Origin: Eledone cirrhosa
Lineage: Eukaryota
Direction: 5' to 3'
Assembly (NCBI GenBank): GCA_964016885.1
Contig: OZ024748.1
Span: forward strand, 6,324,001 to 6,388,000
DNA: 64,000 nucleotides
Each line of letters starts with the position of its first letter. The stretch's first letter is position 1. The notes below the pieces were generated by a model. The model worked only from the letters and a program-made list of their open reading frames with translations, searched no databases and had not been told where the DNA came from. A program made the position numbers and the translations under genes. Shown here piece by piece: positions 14,075 to 28,127 of this stretch.

Positions 14075-14085
<11 letters not shown>
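13806..14085 (-). mobile_element. Family F insertion in (TA)n with minimal hammerhead core at about 13969-13993
   Basis: Minus: CTGATGA-gtggc-GAAA-cgcgcg-TC. Homolog at 22555-22650. Stem I is poor. Confidence 0.5.
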
Positions 14086-14114
<29 letters not shown>

Positions 14115-14124
14115 ATATATATAT

Positions 14125-14416
14125 AAAAGAAAATTATCGTTCTACATGACAGAATACAATAAATGTAATCTGAGTTTTTCGAACATCAAAAATAACATTG
14201 GATTCGTTTGCAATTATGCAAACAAGCCTCAATTTTATAGCCATGTCAGTAGAATGAACCCTTCATTCTTGCTCTTGTGAACAGAACTCACATGCCAACA
14301 CAAAACCAAAAATGAAGGGTTCATTCTACTGACATGGGTATAAAATTGAGGCTTGTTTGCATAATTGCAAACGAATCGAATGTTATTGTTGATGTTCGGA
14401 AAACTCAGATTACATT
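14125..14416. mobile_element. Family K fold-back element
   Basis: Tail of about 36 bp, arms of about 110 bp (14162-14271 and 14307-14416), flanked by (TA)n. Confidence 0.85.
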
Positions 14417-14432
14417 ATATATATATATATAT

Positions 14433-15308
14433 GAAAAAGTATGATCCCGACGGCAGAGCTCAAGCCGTTTTGACGGCTATTTCTGGACTAAATTAGAATT
14501 TTTAGCCTGGTGAATAAATAGCCGAACTTGTCAAGGGGGTACTTCCTTATATGGGAAGATTGTAGTTGTCAAGAGGTTTGGTTAAAATTTGTTGTAAACA
14601 CAAATAAGTCTATCATGGCATTTGGTGGGTGGTAGGGGTGGCTGAACTTGCCTGTAGAACAATAGGGGAGTGAGTGGAGCGGTCAAGCGTTGAAAGTGAT
14701 ATGTATACAGCAGATTCTAAGGATAATGTATGAAGTGGAGGAGGGAGGTTATAGAATAGGTAAATCGAATGAGAGTAGGAGACAATAAAAGATAATAGAT
14801 AGAAATAAAAATATATATAAAATTAGATAGTGAGAAATGAATAAAAAAAATCACACTGCTATCTTACAATTACAGGTTAATAAGGTGAGAATAGAAAAAA
14901 ACTTGTAGTAATTGAGTAGTACCAAAACTGATACAAAATTAAAGGGGTTTAACACGTCTGCTATAAGTAGATAGTAAAACGTATTCGGCCAATTCTATTG
15001 TTCTACAGGCAAGTTCAGCCACCCCTACCTCCCACCAAATGCCATGATAGACTTATTTGTGTTTGCAACAAATTTTAACCAATCCTCTTGACAACTACAA
15101 TCTTCCCATATAAGGAAGTACCCCCTTGACAAATTCGGCTATTTATTCACCACGCTAAAAATTCTAATTTAGTCCAGAAATAGCCGTCGAAACGGCTTGA
15201 GCTCTGCCGTCGGGGTCATACTTTTTCCTATTTCCCACTCTACTACCTTAAGTATTGAGTACTCTGGTGCCTTATGGTCCATCTGGTTCCTTAGAATAAT
15301 TCCTTTAT
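14433..15308. mobile_element. Family C long fold-back element
   Basis: Arms of about 230 bp (14433-14666 and 14995-15226), spacer of about 330 bp, tail to 15308. U3-A8 hammerhead in both arms (14445-14539 minus, 15121-15216 plus). Confidence 0.85.
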
Positions 15309-15397
<89 letters not shown>

Positions 15398-15828
15398 GAA
15401 TGTAAAGCTATTTTCTAAAAAAGTTGTTTGACAATGAGAAAAAAATTAATATACATAGCGCTGACCGATTTGAAAATGTTCAAACTGTAGGAATCCCAAA
15501 GGTAAAAAGGATCTGTAAAAAGAGTCGATCATTATAAATATATAATAGCCTCGAGTCACAATCAACCGCTACAAGGAATCGAACCCTTACCTCTCTAATT
15601 CCGGCCGAGTGCTCTAAATATTAATCTAAGGGACAGCTAAACACAGCTTCCATCAAATTTAGGTAGCGGCATAAAACCTGCAGCTCAGTAGTTACCGATG
15701 ATGTTGATCTTTTCTTCTTTTCTTGTTATAGATACTGTCGCTCAGAGAGTGGGATTGGCTCAGTGCACAGTCTTTCTTCACTTTAAAGCAAAATCTTCAC
15801 GCACAGGCATTGCACGATAGAATTAATT

Positions 15829-16013
15829 AATTGTTTCTACTATTGGCACAAGGCCAGCAATTACCCAGTACATTACTGGTACTTTATTTTATCGACCCCG
15901 TAAGGATGAAAGGCAAAGTTAACCTTGGCGGGATTTGATCTCAGAATGGCAAGGGCCTTAACTCTATGCGTCAAAGCATGGTGTCCGACCCTCTACCGAT
16001 ACTGCCAATTCAC
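15829..16013 (-). mobile_element. S1 SINE
   Basis: Full-length match to 852-1036. Confidence 0.85.
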
Positions 16014-16081
16014 CTAGAATTAATTAATAATTATTAATAATGGTATATCGTGCAATGGCCATACTCGATACCGAGTAGGCA

Positions 16082-16238
<157 letters not shown>

Positions 16239-16360
16239 CCAGTTCAAAACGATTTAAAAGTGCATTATTTATCTTCTATAATTCTATGGAATTATAGATA
16301 TATACACACGTAAATATATACTTACTTGTAGATATATACGTACACACACATCATGTTTAT

Positions 16361-16391
<31 letters not shown>

Positions 16392-16403
16392 CATATATAT
16401 GTA

Positions 16404-16506
<103 letters not shown>

Positions 16507-17282
16507 GGGATAGAATATTTATAAAGAAAACGTATAATCTCAATGATTTCCTTCTTCAATACAGCAATCCTTCCTTCTCACTACATAAATAATATCCTGA
16601 GGTAGCAGATGTGACGTCATTGAGTGCAAATCATTGATATATCTTGTAAACATCCTCGCATACACACTCAGTACATCTCCACTCAACTCATATACCTCCA
16701 CTCTACACTCACTGCCCTCAGTCACATACCCCATTTCACCCCACAAACCTAATTGATTTTATTTTTAGAAATGGAAGTATTTGTGTGACCCACGTAATAA
16801 ACAATAATAAAGAGACAATAATAAGAACAATATAAATAACTTTGATTTATTTTTTTACTATTGCTGGTCTTTTAGGTGTTTTTCATATACATGTATTTTC
16901 AGCTAGTTCTATTTATATGTATATATATATATATATATATGTGAGTGTGTGTTTGTGTGTGTATGTGTGTGTCTTTGTGTACATAGATTCACACACACTA
17001 GCACGGACACGCTATCTTAAGGTAGCGTAATTAGCTGATCCATAGGAGTTTTTGTATGGTATACAGTGATTATTTAGTGCTTGTCTGAATCGCTCGTGTT
17101 TATTTATACGCTACTTCAAGAAGTATGAATTGGTATCCGGGGAAGATATATAGAATGTATATTCTCTATATTATTCAATTTGTATAACAAATCGTTTTTT
17201 CTTCGAGTGTCCAGAGTTTTACCAATATTTATCGTTGTTGTTGTTATTATTATTATTATTTTTATTATTATCATCATCAGTA

Positions 17283-17475
17283 GGACGGTGAATTGGCAGT
17301 ATCTGTAGAAGGTTGGACGCCATGCTTTCCAGCATAGTTACGTCCCTTTAAGGTCTGAGTTCAAATCCCGCCGAGGTTAACTTTGCCTTTCATCCTTACG
17401 GGGTCGATAAAATAAAGTACCAGTAATGCACTGGGATAATTGCTGGCCTTGTGCCAAAAGTAGAAACAATTATTA
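17283..17475 (+). mobile_element. S1 SINE, full length
   Basis: A-box tggcagtatctg, B-box gagttcaaatcc, tail gaaacaattattat. Confidence 0.85.
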
Positions 17476-17799
17476 TCATCATCAGAGAGGGAGAGAGATA
17501 GATAGAAAGATAGAGAGAGTGAGAGAGAGAATGGATTGGAAGATATATATTTTATGTCGCATGGTGTATGGAAGAATTTACGTTATACTGACACAGAGAT
17601 CTTCCTCGCCATAAAAACTATCTCTAAACACACACAGATGTATATAGAGAGAAATGTATATAGATGCATATCTACGTGCGAGTTTCTGTACGTGTATGTA
17701 TTTATACCTTCGTTCGTATATTTCCGTAAATGCTTAAATAACCGCATTTTTGTATATATGCCCTGTATATATATATATATATATATATGTGCGTGCGTG

Positions 17800-17861
<62 letters not shown>

Positions 17862-17873
17862 AGTGCGTGCGTG

Positions 17874-17920
<47 letters not shown>

Positions 17921-18257
17921 AGATAGAAAGGAATTTGGTGTTTATACAGATAGACACAAGACGTATTTTTTGTTGATGCAAAAGATAATAGAGTTTATAG
18001 TTTAATTAATGCTTGATATACAGTATAAAGAGGGAAGTTAGTACAGACAGCTGCAAACATTGTAGACCATTCTTCATACATTAGAAGTCTATTTACATCA
18101 CCGTGTGTGGTGTGTGGTAGGAATTTAGGTCCACATTGACAGACGTGGTGCTAATATAACTGAGTTATTCTAGTATTTTCTCTCCTCAATAGTTACTCTA
18201 TGGAAACGTTCTATTTGTTGTGTGTATATAAAGAGATATGTTCATATATATATATAT

Positions 18258-18397
18258 AACGAAGGAAATGTGGTAAGGAACCAGGTGGACCATAACGCAC
18301 CAAAGTACTCAATACTTGAGGTAGTAGAGTGGGTAATAGGAACTAGTAAGACCCCGACAGCTGAGCTCAAGCCGTTTCGACGGCTAATTCTGCAGAA

Positions 18398-18398
<1 letters not shown>
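18258..18398 (-). mobile_element. Family C single arm with tail
   Basis: aacgaaggaaatgtggtaagg...gccgtttcgacggctaattctg between (TA)n tracts. Confidence 0.8.
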
Positions 18399-18429
<31 letters not shown>

Positions 18430-18431
<2 letters not shown>

Positions 18432-18621
18432 ATTGTTTCTACTTTTGGCACAAGGCCAGCAGTTATCCCAGTACATTACTGGTACTTTATTTTATCGACT
18501 CCGCAAGGATGAAAGGTAAAGTTAACTTCGGCGGGATTTGAACTCGGACCATAAAGGGCTGTAACTCTGTGCTGTAAAGCATGGTGTCCGACCCTCTACC
18601 GATACTGCCAATCCACCGCCG
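18430..18621 (-). mobile_element. S1 SINE
   Basis: Full-length S1 match. Related partial copies at 18682-18835 and 19015-19160. Confidence 0.85.
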
Positions 18622-18627
18622 TTTATT

Positions 18628-18673
<46 letters not shown>

Positions 18674-19296
18674 GATAATAATAATTGTTTCTACTTTAAG
18701 CACAAGGCTAGAGATTTTGGAGGAGGGGAAGTCGGTTAAGTCGACCCCAGAGTATTACTGGCGCTTTATTTTTATCGACCGCGTATGGATGAAAGGCAAA
18801 GTTAACCTCGCTAGGATTTGAACCCAGAATGTAAATACTACAACTACTAATAGTGATAATCAAGATGCCTATACTCTAACAACGTATTGAGTACTGTGGT
18901 TATCCCCCGAGACAAGTCCGGTGAAAGGAGGTGAGCACGCTGACGTGTGGAATGACCGGTAGTGTTGTCGGGCCACCTGAGGCAGGTTGATCAGCCAGAT
19001 GTCACACAGATGTTCGATCCCAGTATTTGACTGATACTTTATTTTATCGATCCTGAAAGTTTGAAAATCAAATTTGACCTCGGGGCTATTTGAACTCAGA
19101 AAATAAAGAAATGAAACAAATACCACAAGGTATTTTATTCGACGTCCTAACAATTCCTCCAACACATCATCTCATTTTTATCTATGTATCAATACGGAGC
19201 GTTCCATAGGCGAATGGTTAAGAGGTCCACTTCACGATTATTAGGGTCTGGGTTCGATTCAACTGCGTGTCATCGGATAGACCCATGAATTGTGAT

Positions 19297-19463
19297 CAGT
19301 GCCGTATTTAGAACAAATGAGACTCTTTGATAGTTAAGTTATGAGGGCTCTTACTTGGACCCTGGTGGAGGAAAATCATCGTAAAAAAAAATGTTCTTTG
19401 GCGGGAAGATGGGCCCTTCTTGGCCAACGGGGTCACCTAACATCAATGGCAAATGCCGCACTA
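19297..19463. mobile_element. hAT-type MITE nested in a SINE
   Basis: Imperfect TIR cagtgccgtattt / aaatgccgcacta. 8-bp direct repeat attgtgat at 19289-19296 and 19464-19471. SINE sequence on both sides. Confidence 0.7.
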
Positions 19464-19885
19464 ATTGTGATTGAAACAAGATAGACGAAAACCGGAAACT
19501 GTTTGAAGCCTGTCGGAAGGATTGCATCTGAAATTCAGAGGGTTTGTCTTAGCATACAATCTGTCATACTGCATCTACCTAATAATTACGTTAAGGATAC
19601 TCGTGTCTGTGGAAACCTTAACCATTTAAACGTAAATTTTATGAGCAGACTGTTCCTTTGATTGACCAACTGAAGCAGGTCCATCGATCCAATATATTGA
19701 TTCAATATATTAATGTGTCAATATTGTTGTTGTTATATAGAGTTCTATCTTGCCAGGTTTATTTAGTATCAGATATATGTTAAATGCCTATATTGTTACT
19801 ATTGTTATTCTCACAATTTTACTACATGTAAATAACACACAGATTTCCTGTTTGTTAGTTCCTTTATATGTATATATACATATAT

Positions 19886-20142
19886 AGTAATAATAATAAA
19901 TGTGAAGACTAAAATCCAAAGAGGGCTCGATAAGGATAACTATATATCAAATATATAAGAAACCTAGTGCAAATATTTATTAAAATAACAGATTAAAGTT
20001 TAAGCAAAGAATCACTGCTTTCACCCTTAACGGGATCTTCTGAAACTAAAAAAATCAGATTGATATTTTTTTAGTATCAGAAGATCCCATTAAGGGGGAA
20101 AGCAGTGATTCTTTGCTTAAACTTTAATCTGTTATTTTAATA
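19886..20142. mobile_element. Family D fold-back element with CAGAAGA hammerhead-like motif in each arm
   Basis: Tail 19886-19977, arms about 19978-20056 and 20064-20142. Confidence 0.8.
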
Positions 20143-20159
20143 TATATATATATATATTT

Positions 20160-20265
<106 letters not shown>

Positions 20266-20476
20266 GTATATTGATTGCTTTCTTACTGTTGCCAGGAATT
20301 GGACCCGCGTGCCCAATAAAACAGACCATTTATATTATTATTATTGTCCTTATTATTATTGGACACCCACATAGCGGACGTAGTAGATGAGGAGGAACGA
20401 CCAATGGGGAATAGGGAATAGGGGGGGGGGGGGAAGAGAATGAGAAAGATGGGTAGACAGATAGCTAAAAGACGGA

Positions 20477-20520
<44 letters not shown>

Positions 20521-20761
20521 AGAGGGGTGAGATCAGTAGAGAGGTGGAGAGATTATGGGTGGGAGAGATGTTACAGGAAGGGTTAAAGAGAATGGAAAAT
20601 GAGGGAAATCATTTAGGACTCTGGACATAATGTGTTTATACAGGGAGGAGGGGGTCACCGTGGTGGTTTAGTGTTTATATGAAGGGATATGGGGATAGGT
20701 GGCGAATGACTGTGTAATTAAGGGAATGGCTGTATAGAAGTAGTTATATACTTTGGTGACC

Positions 20762-20825
<64 letters not shown>

Positions 20826-20827
<2 letters not shown>

Positions 20828-20847
20828 ATAAAGACATATAGGTGAGC

Positions 20848-20905
<58 letters not shown>

Positions 20906-20929
20906 ATAAAGACATATAGGTGAGCATAA

Positions 20930-20982
<53 letters not shown>

Positions 20983-20999
20983 AAGTCATATAGGTGAGC

Positions 21000-21066
<67 letters not shown>
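20826..21066. repeat. Three tandem units of ataaag.catataggtgagcataa plus (TA)n(TG)n
   Basis: Unique 24-mer repeated 3 times between compound microsatellites. Confidence 0.85.
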
Positions 21067-21076
<10 letters not shown>

Positions 21077-21221
21077 CAAAGACACAGAGAGCTAGGGGTA
21101 ACTTACACAGACAGAAAGACAGAGATACACACATGATGTCCTGTAAGTAAAGTTCATTTCATAAATTTTAACAATGCGGTTGATGAGTATAAATTATATA
21201 CATACATATATATATGCATAT

Positions 21222-21265
<44 letters not shown>

Positions 21266-21299
21266 GATATTAATAAATGGAAACTATATTTATAAAACC

Positions 21300-21375
21300 A
21301 TATTTATTTCATTATACATATTTCAGGGATACCACATTAAATTATGGTATGCCTTCATCAGGCAAAATACAATAT
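21300..21375 (-). ncRNA. Minimal hammerhead ribozyme (family B)
   Basis: Minus: CTGATGA-aggcatacca..tggtatccct-GAAA-tatgta-TA. G.U of the 11188 copy is G-C here. Confidence 0.75.
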
Positions 21376-21446
21376 ATAACAGTTTTACAAATAGCTTTGA
21401 CGTACCCTTTTAAAATGCAACCATTACTTTTGGAGGCTGTCTGGAG

Positions 21447-21490
<44 letters not shown>

Positions 21491-21580
21491 TCATATATAC
21501 ATACATATATATAAATTGTCAGAGAGAGATGCAGATACGCATGCATCTATTCGTATCCATCCCCATCTATATATGCATTT

Positions 21581-21636
<56 letters not shown>

Positions 21637-21873
21637 TACATACATTCAGGAGGAAATGTGGTATTTAATAAGTGGCATAATTCAAAATTACATTTGCAGG
21701 AATGATGTACGGATTAAAATTGTCCTTTTAGATTTTTTTCTTCGGGGTAGATAAATCAAAATTTACCAGGAAATGTTAAATATTTTATATTTTCTATAAA
21801 ATAAATTTTTAAATAAATGCGGCACTGATGACAATATATGTGCATGCGTGTTTACATATATGTAAGTATTTCT

Positions 21874-21910
<37 letters not shown>

Positions 21911-21918
21911 CATTTAGG

Positions 21919-21975
<57 letters not shown>

Positions 21976-21978
21976 ATA

Positions 21979-22103
21979 TTTGAAAAAGTGAGGTTGCCCC
22001 CACACGAGTGAAAGTATAAGGAAAAAAGACGAAATCGCACAAGAACTGCGAAACGGGTAAAAAAAAAAAGACTCCAGTTGCATTTTCGATTTCATCTTTT
22101 TTC

Positions 22104-22110
<7 letters not shown>
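21979..22110. mobile_element. Small fold-back element (family L)
   Basis: tataaggaaaaaagacgaaatcg / cgatttcatcttttttccttata inverted, with a left tail of about 36 bp. Confidence 0.65.
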
Positions 22111-22161
<51 letters not shown>

Positions 22162-22240
22162 TATACATTGGGAGGTTCATATTGCCAATAAGAATAATCA
22201 CAAAACAAATTCAAAAAAGAATTCTATATATATATGAGAG

Positions 22241-22321
<81 letters not shown>

Positions 22322-22679
22322 ATAATTAGGTATATATATATATATATATATGTCTGTGTGTGTGTATATATATATATATATTCCTAGTGAAAGTATATTG
22401 ATGCTTTTTTATTTACTATTGCGCTATTGCGCAGTTGTGGATGCTGAATTCTACGTCTTGTATTACACCATGGTCATTATTCTTAAGAAGCAGAGTGTTT
22501 ATGATACTAATAATAAAGAGCAGGAAAGAAGTATATATATATAGCATCAATATGGCATCATTATGTTTATTTACATATGACGCACGTTTCGCGATCGATC
22601 AGCTCAAGGTATGATCGTTGTTGATCGCGCTGAATTCTGAAATAGATAGCTGTCACCTTCCCATCTTCTGGTACCTTCG

Positions 22680-22962
22680 TGGAGTACTAATGAGGGTTTC
22701 CAATCCTAGAGATTCTGGCAGCGTTCATTAAACCATCCTGCTATGCTATGGGCCGTCTCACCTATTTAAGCGTGTTCCTTCTCCTACAATGTCCCTTTGT
22801 ACATCTTATGTTACATGCTATGTTCCTAGTTTTACAGTTAATATGCAAACTATACACTTTCTGTCAGTTCATGGTAACATGGCCCTCCCGAATTATAACA
22901 AAATATGTTTCATCACAGGTTTTCAGGTACGAAATCTTGCAACACAAATACAAAAAACGAAG
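22680..22962 (-). pseudogene. Old degraded family A GIY-YIG fragment with inverted end and tail
   Basis: Minus translation [33 protein letters not shown] with stop and frameshifts. 22875-22962 resembles the family A end and tail. Confidence 0.7.
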
Positions 22963-22966
22963 CATA

Positions 22967-23052
<86 letters not shown>

Positions 23053-23223
23053 CATATATATATATATATATATTGTTATACTTTGGGAGGGTCATGCTGC
23101 CAATAAGAAACACACGCACCAGTTGCTTTCACTTCAATTTATTATAATAAATTCATAAATTTAGGAATTTATAAATTTCCGGTTGGTTGGTTGGTTCCAC
23201 AACCAGATGGTTGTTTATATATT

Positions 23224-23266
23224 GTCAAAGTTCTTTCGTCACACATTCTGTGACCTCTTCAGTGAC
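23224..23266 (-). ncRNA. Minimal hammerhead ribozyme (family A)
   Basis: gtca-CTGAAGA-g-gtcaca/tgtgac-GAAA-gaac-TT-tgac, on the ORF strand. Confidence 0.7.
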
Positions 23267-23467
23267 TGTGGATTCTTTTCTTTGTTTTTGTGCCTCTCCT
23301 TTGTTCTGTCCTACGCCATCTTGTTTTTGTGTGTGTGTTGTGTGCTTAGTTTGCGCATGTGTTACATCCGGGTGTCTGTGTGTGTTTATATTCGTTTATT
23401 TATTTGTTTATTTACATGTTACTGGTTGGTTGTTTGTTCTATGTGCGTATGTGTTTTCATTTTGTCC

Positions 23468-24129
23468 TTAATTGTAAGTTGTGATGTTGCTGTTCCACTC
23501 ATGTTTTCTATTTAATTTTGGTTGGAGTTCATTTACGTTTATTTCCTCTGTGATTTGTCTAAACATTGCGTCTTTTCTGTGTGTAGATTCTATTTTTATT
23601 TCTATGTTCTCTAATTTACCCTTATGTTCTATTTTAGCATGTTGGGAGAGTAAAGATGATTCTTTACTATCTTGAAGGTCTCGCCAGTGTTCATTTATCC
23701 GTTCCCCTACACTACGAGCTGTCTCACCTATGTACACTATATTTTTATCTCTACATTGTCCTTCAGTACATCTTATGCTATACACTACATTTCTAGTTTT
23801 ACAGTTAATATGGGGGCTTAATTTACAGATTATACATTTCTTATCTATACAGGGAGGTCTTTGAAAAGGTATGTCTTGCTAATAAGTGTTTTTATGGAGG
23901 TACCTGGTCTTTCTACTATCTTAATATTGAGTTTATGTTTATCTAGGGCCCTTCTAAATTTATAAGCTAATTCACCTCTAGGGGTTGTATCGATGAACAT
24001 TACACTCTGGTATTTATTGCTATTATAGCATGAGTTTATTCTATTAGCCTTATTCCTAGTTCTCTCTATTCTATTCCAAAATTTGCTCCTATACAAGGGG
24101 CAGGTCCCATTTGTGTCATTATTTACCAT
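23468..24129 (-). pseudogene. Penelope-like polyprotein C-terminus: linker, Cys motif and GIY-YIG endonuclease, frameshift near 23855
   Basis: [16 protein letters not shown] / [28 protein letters not shown]...VYIGET..R..EH...H...H...KLN. Confidence 0.85.
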
Positions 24130-24149
24130 TTTTTCCCATTTGGTTCTGG

Positions 24150-24358
<209 letters not shown>

Positions 24359-24440
24359 GTGTGTGTGCGTGTGTGTGTGTGAATGAAAAATGGCGTGCTG
24401 TGTTGTTGCAAATGTGATATACAAATTAAATGAAGAATCT

Positions 24441-24480
<40 letters not shown>

Positions 24481-25376
24481 TCATAGATACGTACACACAT
24501 ACAGATACATATATCTGTATCTGTGTATCTGTATCTGTATATATATGTGTGCGTGGTTGTGACTCTCTGTCTGTGCACCTGTGTGTGTATGTGTGCGTGG
24601 GTGTGACTCTCTGTGTGTCTGGGCACCTGTGTATGTGTGCGTGGGTGTGACTCTCTGTGTGTGTGCACCTGTGTGTATGTGAGTTTATATTGAATGATAT
24701 CTGTTGTATGTTGCCCTTCTGTTGATTAAAGTGTGACCCAAGATGTCTTCTTCCTTGTATACAACTCTCAGGTGGGTCACCTCTACATTTCCGACGATCA
24801 TTGTAAACAAATCAATATCTAGTTTACTTTACATTACTTCAATTCGACAATTAAATCGAATTTACATTTGTGTAATCTCAATCGATCAATCAATAACGTA
24901 TCAGATTTATTGATTTCCATGGTGTTTTTCCCTGTTCTTTCTATATGTCAGTTGACTTAGGTGGAATCGGTAAATTGCTATATTCCCAAGGCATACACCA
25001 TTTTAATCTAACTCTTGTTTGCCATATTCTTAATAATCATCAACATCGTCATTATCGTCGTCCTCATCATCGTCGCCATCCTGACGATCGTCGTCTTTGC
25101 CATCATCATTTGTGTCGTTTCCTTCATCACCCTCATTGTCATCACATTGCCACTGTCATCAATATTATCGTCATCGTCATTATCATCGTCGTAATTATTA
25201 TTATCATCATCATCATCATCATCATGGCCTTTCTTGTCATCGTCACCACGACCACCAACATTATCATCATCATTAGCATCATCATCCCTCCTTCACTAAC
25301 CCAACAATCTGGGTAGAACACGTCTCAAATAATTTGACAGGGACGAGATTTTAATAAATTGTTTTCTCACATGTTC

Positions 25377-25722
25377 TTACTTTATCCTATAAAACCTTTT
25401 ATTTGTTCCATAAAACCTTGAATTTATCATATGAAACATTGTATTTATCATATAAGAGCATGAATTTATCCTATGAAATATTGGATGTATCACATAGGAA
25501 CGTGGATTTATCCTATAAAAGGCTAGAGATATCACGTAAGAGCATGGATTTATCCCGTAAAAGGCTGGATGTATCACGTAAGAGCTTCGGTTTATCCTAT
25601 AAAAGGCTGGATATGTCACGTAAGAGCTTGGTTATCCAATAAAAGGTTGGATATATCACGTTAGAGATTCGTTATCTAATAAAAGGTTGAATGTGTCACG
25701 TAAGCTCTTGGTTATCCTATAA
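25377..25722. repeat. 40-42 bp minisatellite, about 8 degenerate copies
   Basis: ttatcctataaaaggctggatatatcacgtaagagc recurring. Confidence 0.85.
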
Positions 25723-25948
25723 AGTCATTCATTTCCCAAAGAATATCTACTTTTTATAATATGTATAAGTACCAGAATGTCGATTTGAGGTGCCTGACAT
25801 CCTAAAACTCTTTCTATTATATCATATTATATTATCCACCCCAAGAAAATATTGCTATGGCCACTGACCAATACACCTATATATATATGTGTGTGTGTGT
25901 GTGCATATATATATATATATATGTATATAGTTGTATTGGTCAGTGGGC

Positions 25949-25991
<43 letters not shown>

Positions 25992-26746
25992 GCATATGAA
26001 GAGATAGAGAGAGATTGTGCAGCATGAATCTAATCTTAGAGATTAAAGCAATAAATAATCGGTGACATTTATTTCTCTTGGAAACGAATGAATGACATTA
26101 GGGAGTTAGGTCTAAAATCTAAGCCACACACTCACCCCAACACCCTGGCCTTACTTTCTACTACATCGACACGCTAGAATTCCCTCCTTGCTCATTTCAT
26201 TCCGATAACATTCGACATGCAACTGTTTAAGTGGAACATTAACCGAATCAAACTTACCGGTCTTGGGGTAAGCAGGAGTTGTTTAAGGACTTGGGTACAA
26301 CCCTTTCCTACATAGACAGCAAATATTAAATATACATCACCTATAGTGGAAATCTCTGTCTGGTTATTTGACCTGTTATAAATAAAAGTTATATCACCCT
26401 CATACAGTTCCATTCAAAGATATATTAAATGTTGCAAATCTGGATATGGATAAACAAGAATACGATATGCTTACATCTAAAATGTGTTTATCTTATGAGT
26501 GATCGATGAAGTCTAACATGTTGCAACAAATGACCAACTACATCAGCTCTTGTTCTTTCTTCTTCTACATATTTATACTGTTGAGGTCTGTTGACCACAG
26601 ACATCCACTACTCCACGAAATAAAGCTGACTAAATCCGGGGACACTCTTTGCTCCTGTTCAACTGTCTCACGATATATAAACGCACATAAACTAATAAAC
26701 CTTTGTTTGTACTGCCGTTCCATTTTGTTTGTTCCCGTTCCATTTT

Positions 26747-26788
<42 letters not shown>

Positions 26789-27529
26789 ATATATGAGTGT
26801 ATGTGTGTGTGTCTGTGTATATGCTATGTATAAGTATGCATTCGTTACAAATATAGGAAAATATAGGAAAATATAGGAAAAATTGTAGTTTTTAAGAAGG
26901 TTTACTTGCAATAATCTATTGTAAATGAATATATATATATATATAAATATATATTATATATATATATCATATATATATATGTGTGTGAGTGTGTTTGTGT
27001 GTCTGTTCGTAAATTGTATATATATATATATACAATAGCACATATGAGGTTCAGACAACACATTGGGGAGAGTTCACAGCATAACTATTTGATGTTTAAA
27101 AAACACACTAGCAATTGCTTACATTAAGTAAATAAACAAGGTAACTGGGAGGAGATAGAATGAAGTTGATTTGAACTTGCCTACCCCTCGGGAGTTGGTT
27201 GATAATGATTTGACTTTGTGCGTTCTGAGTTTTGCCACAACATTTCAGTCACGGAAAGAATTATTTACTTTTAACCACCTGATCATCACCTATACTTTTT
27301 CCATTTTGTATAAAACTATTATGTGGGATTAGACAAGAAAATACTTTCAACCAAAGTATAGTTTGAAATCAGACTCTACTTGAATGAAATTGAATTTAGT
27401 ACTATGTTTAGATGGTGGTTAATAATTTTTTAAGATAATAAGACAACATCGTTTATTTATCTGTTAAAAAAGTACACCTGTAGAATTTAGTTTCTAAATG
27501 AAACCGATATATATATATACATATAAATA

Positions 27530-27576
<47 letters not shown>

Positions 27577-27855
27577 GGAATAGAATGAAACGAAATTTCA
27601 TTTCTCACTCTTAGTACGGCACTTACTTAAATGTAACTATGTATGTATGTATACGTACATACATATATGTATACAGACGTACAGTAGTATGTATATATAT
27701 ATACATACATGCACACATATATATATGCACGTATCGGTTTACCGAACATTTATTATAATGCTCGGTTTGTTTGTTTGTAAACAAACAAACACCCCAGATT
27801 ACGCCGTACAGTGTTTAGGCAACCACGTCACCTTTTTGTTCAACACTGACACAGG

Positions 27856-27900
27856 TACGATGTACTAATTTCAAGCTTATTAGCTATCGTCAGCATCGTA
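27856..27900 (-). ncRNA. Minimal hammerhead ribozyme (family P, left arm)
   Basis: tacgatg-CTGACGA-tagc taataa gctt-GAAA-ttag-TA-catcgta. Confidence 0.8.
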
Positions 27901-28082
27901 TACCTTCCTGCCAGATGGTTGAACGTCTGAAAGTATATACTTTCCTTATGCATATTAAGGGCTGAGCAGCCTAATTTGCATACCGACTGAACTCACTCGA
28001 TATGCAAATTAGGCTGCTCAACCGTTAATATGCATAAGGAAAGTATATACTTTCAGACGTTAAACCATTTGGCAGGAAGGTA

Positions 28083-28127
28083 TACGATGCTGACGATAGC
28101 TAATGCGCTTGAAACTAGTACATCGTT
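28083..28127 (+). ncRNA. Minimal hammerhead ribozyme (family P, right arm)
   Basis: acgatg-CTGACGA-tagc taatgc gctt-GAAA-ctag-TA-catcgt. Palindromic stem III ACTAGT, GUA cleavage after 28120. Confidence 0.82.

Noticed and set aside
16540-16750. 68-aa minus-strand ORF as a terminal exon
   Set aside because: Purine-rich acceptor context and no recognisable domain.
17283-17385. tRNA gene
   Set aside because: The A/B boxes belong to a multi-copy SINE head, with no cloverleaf.
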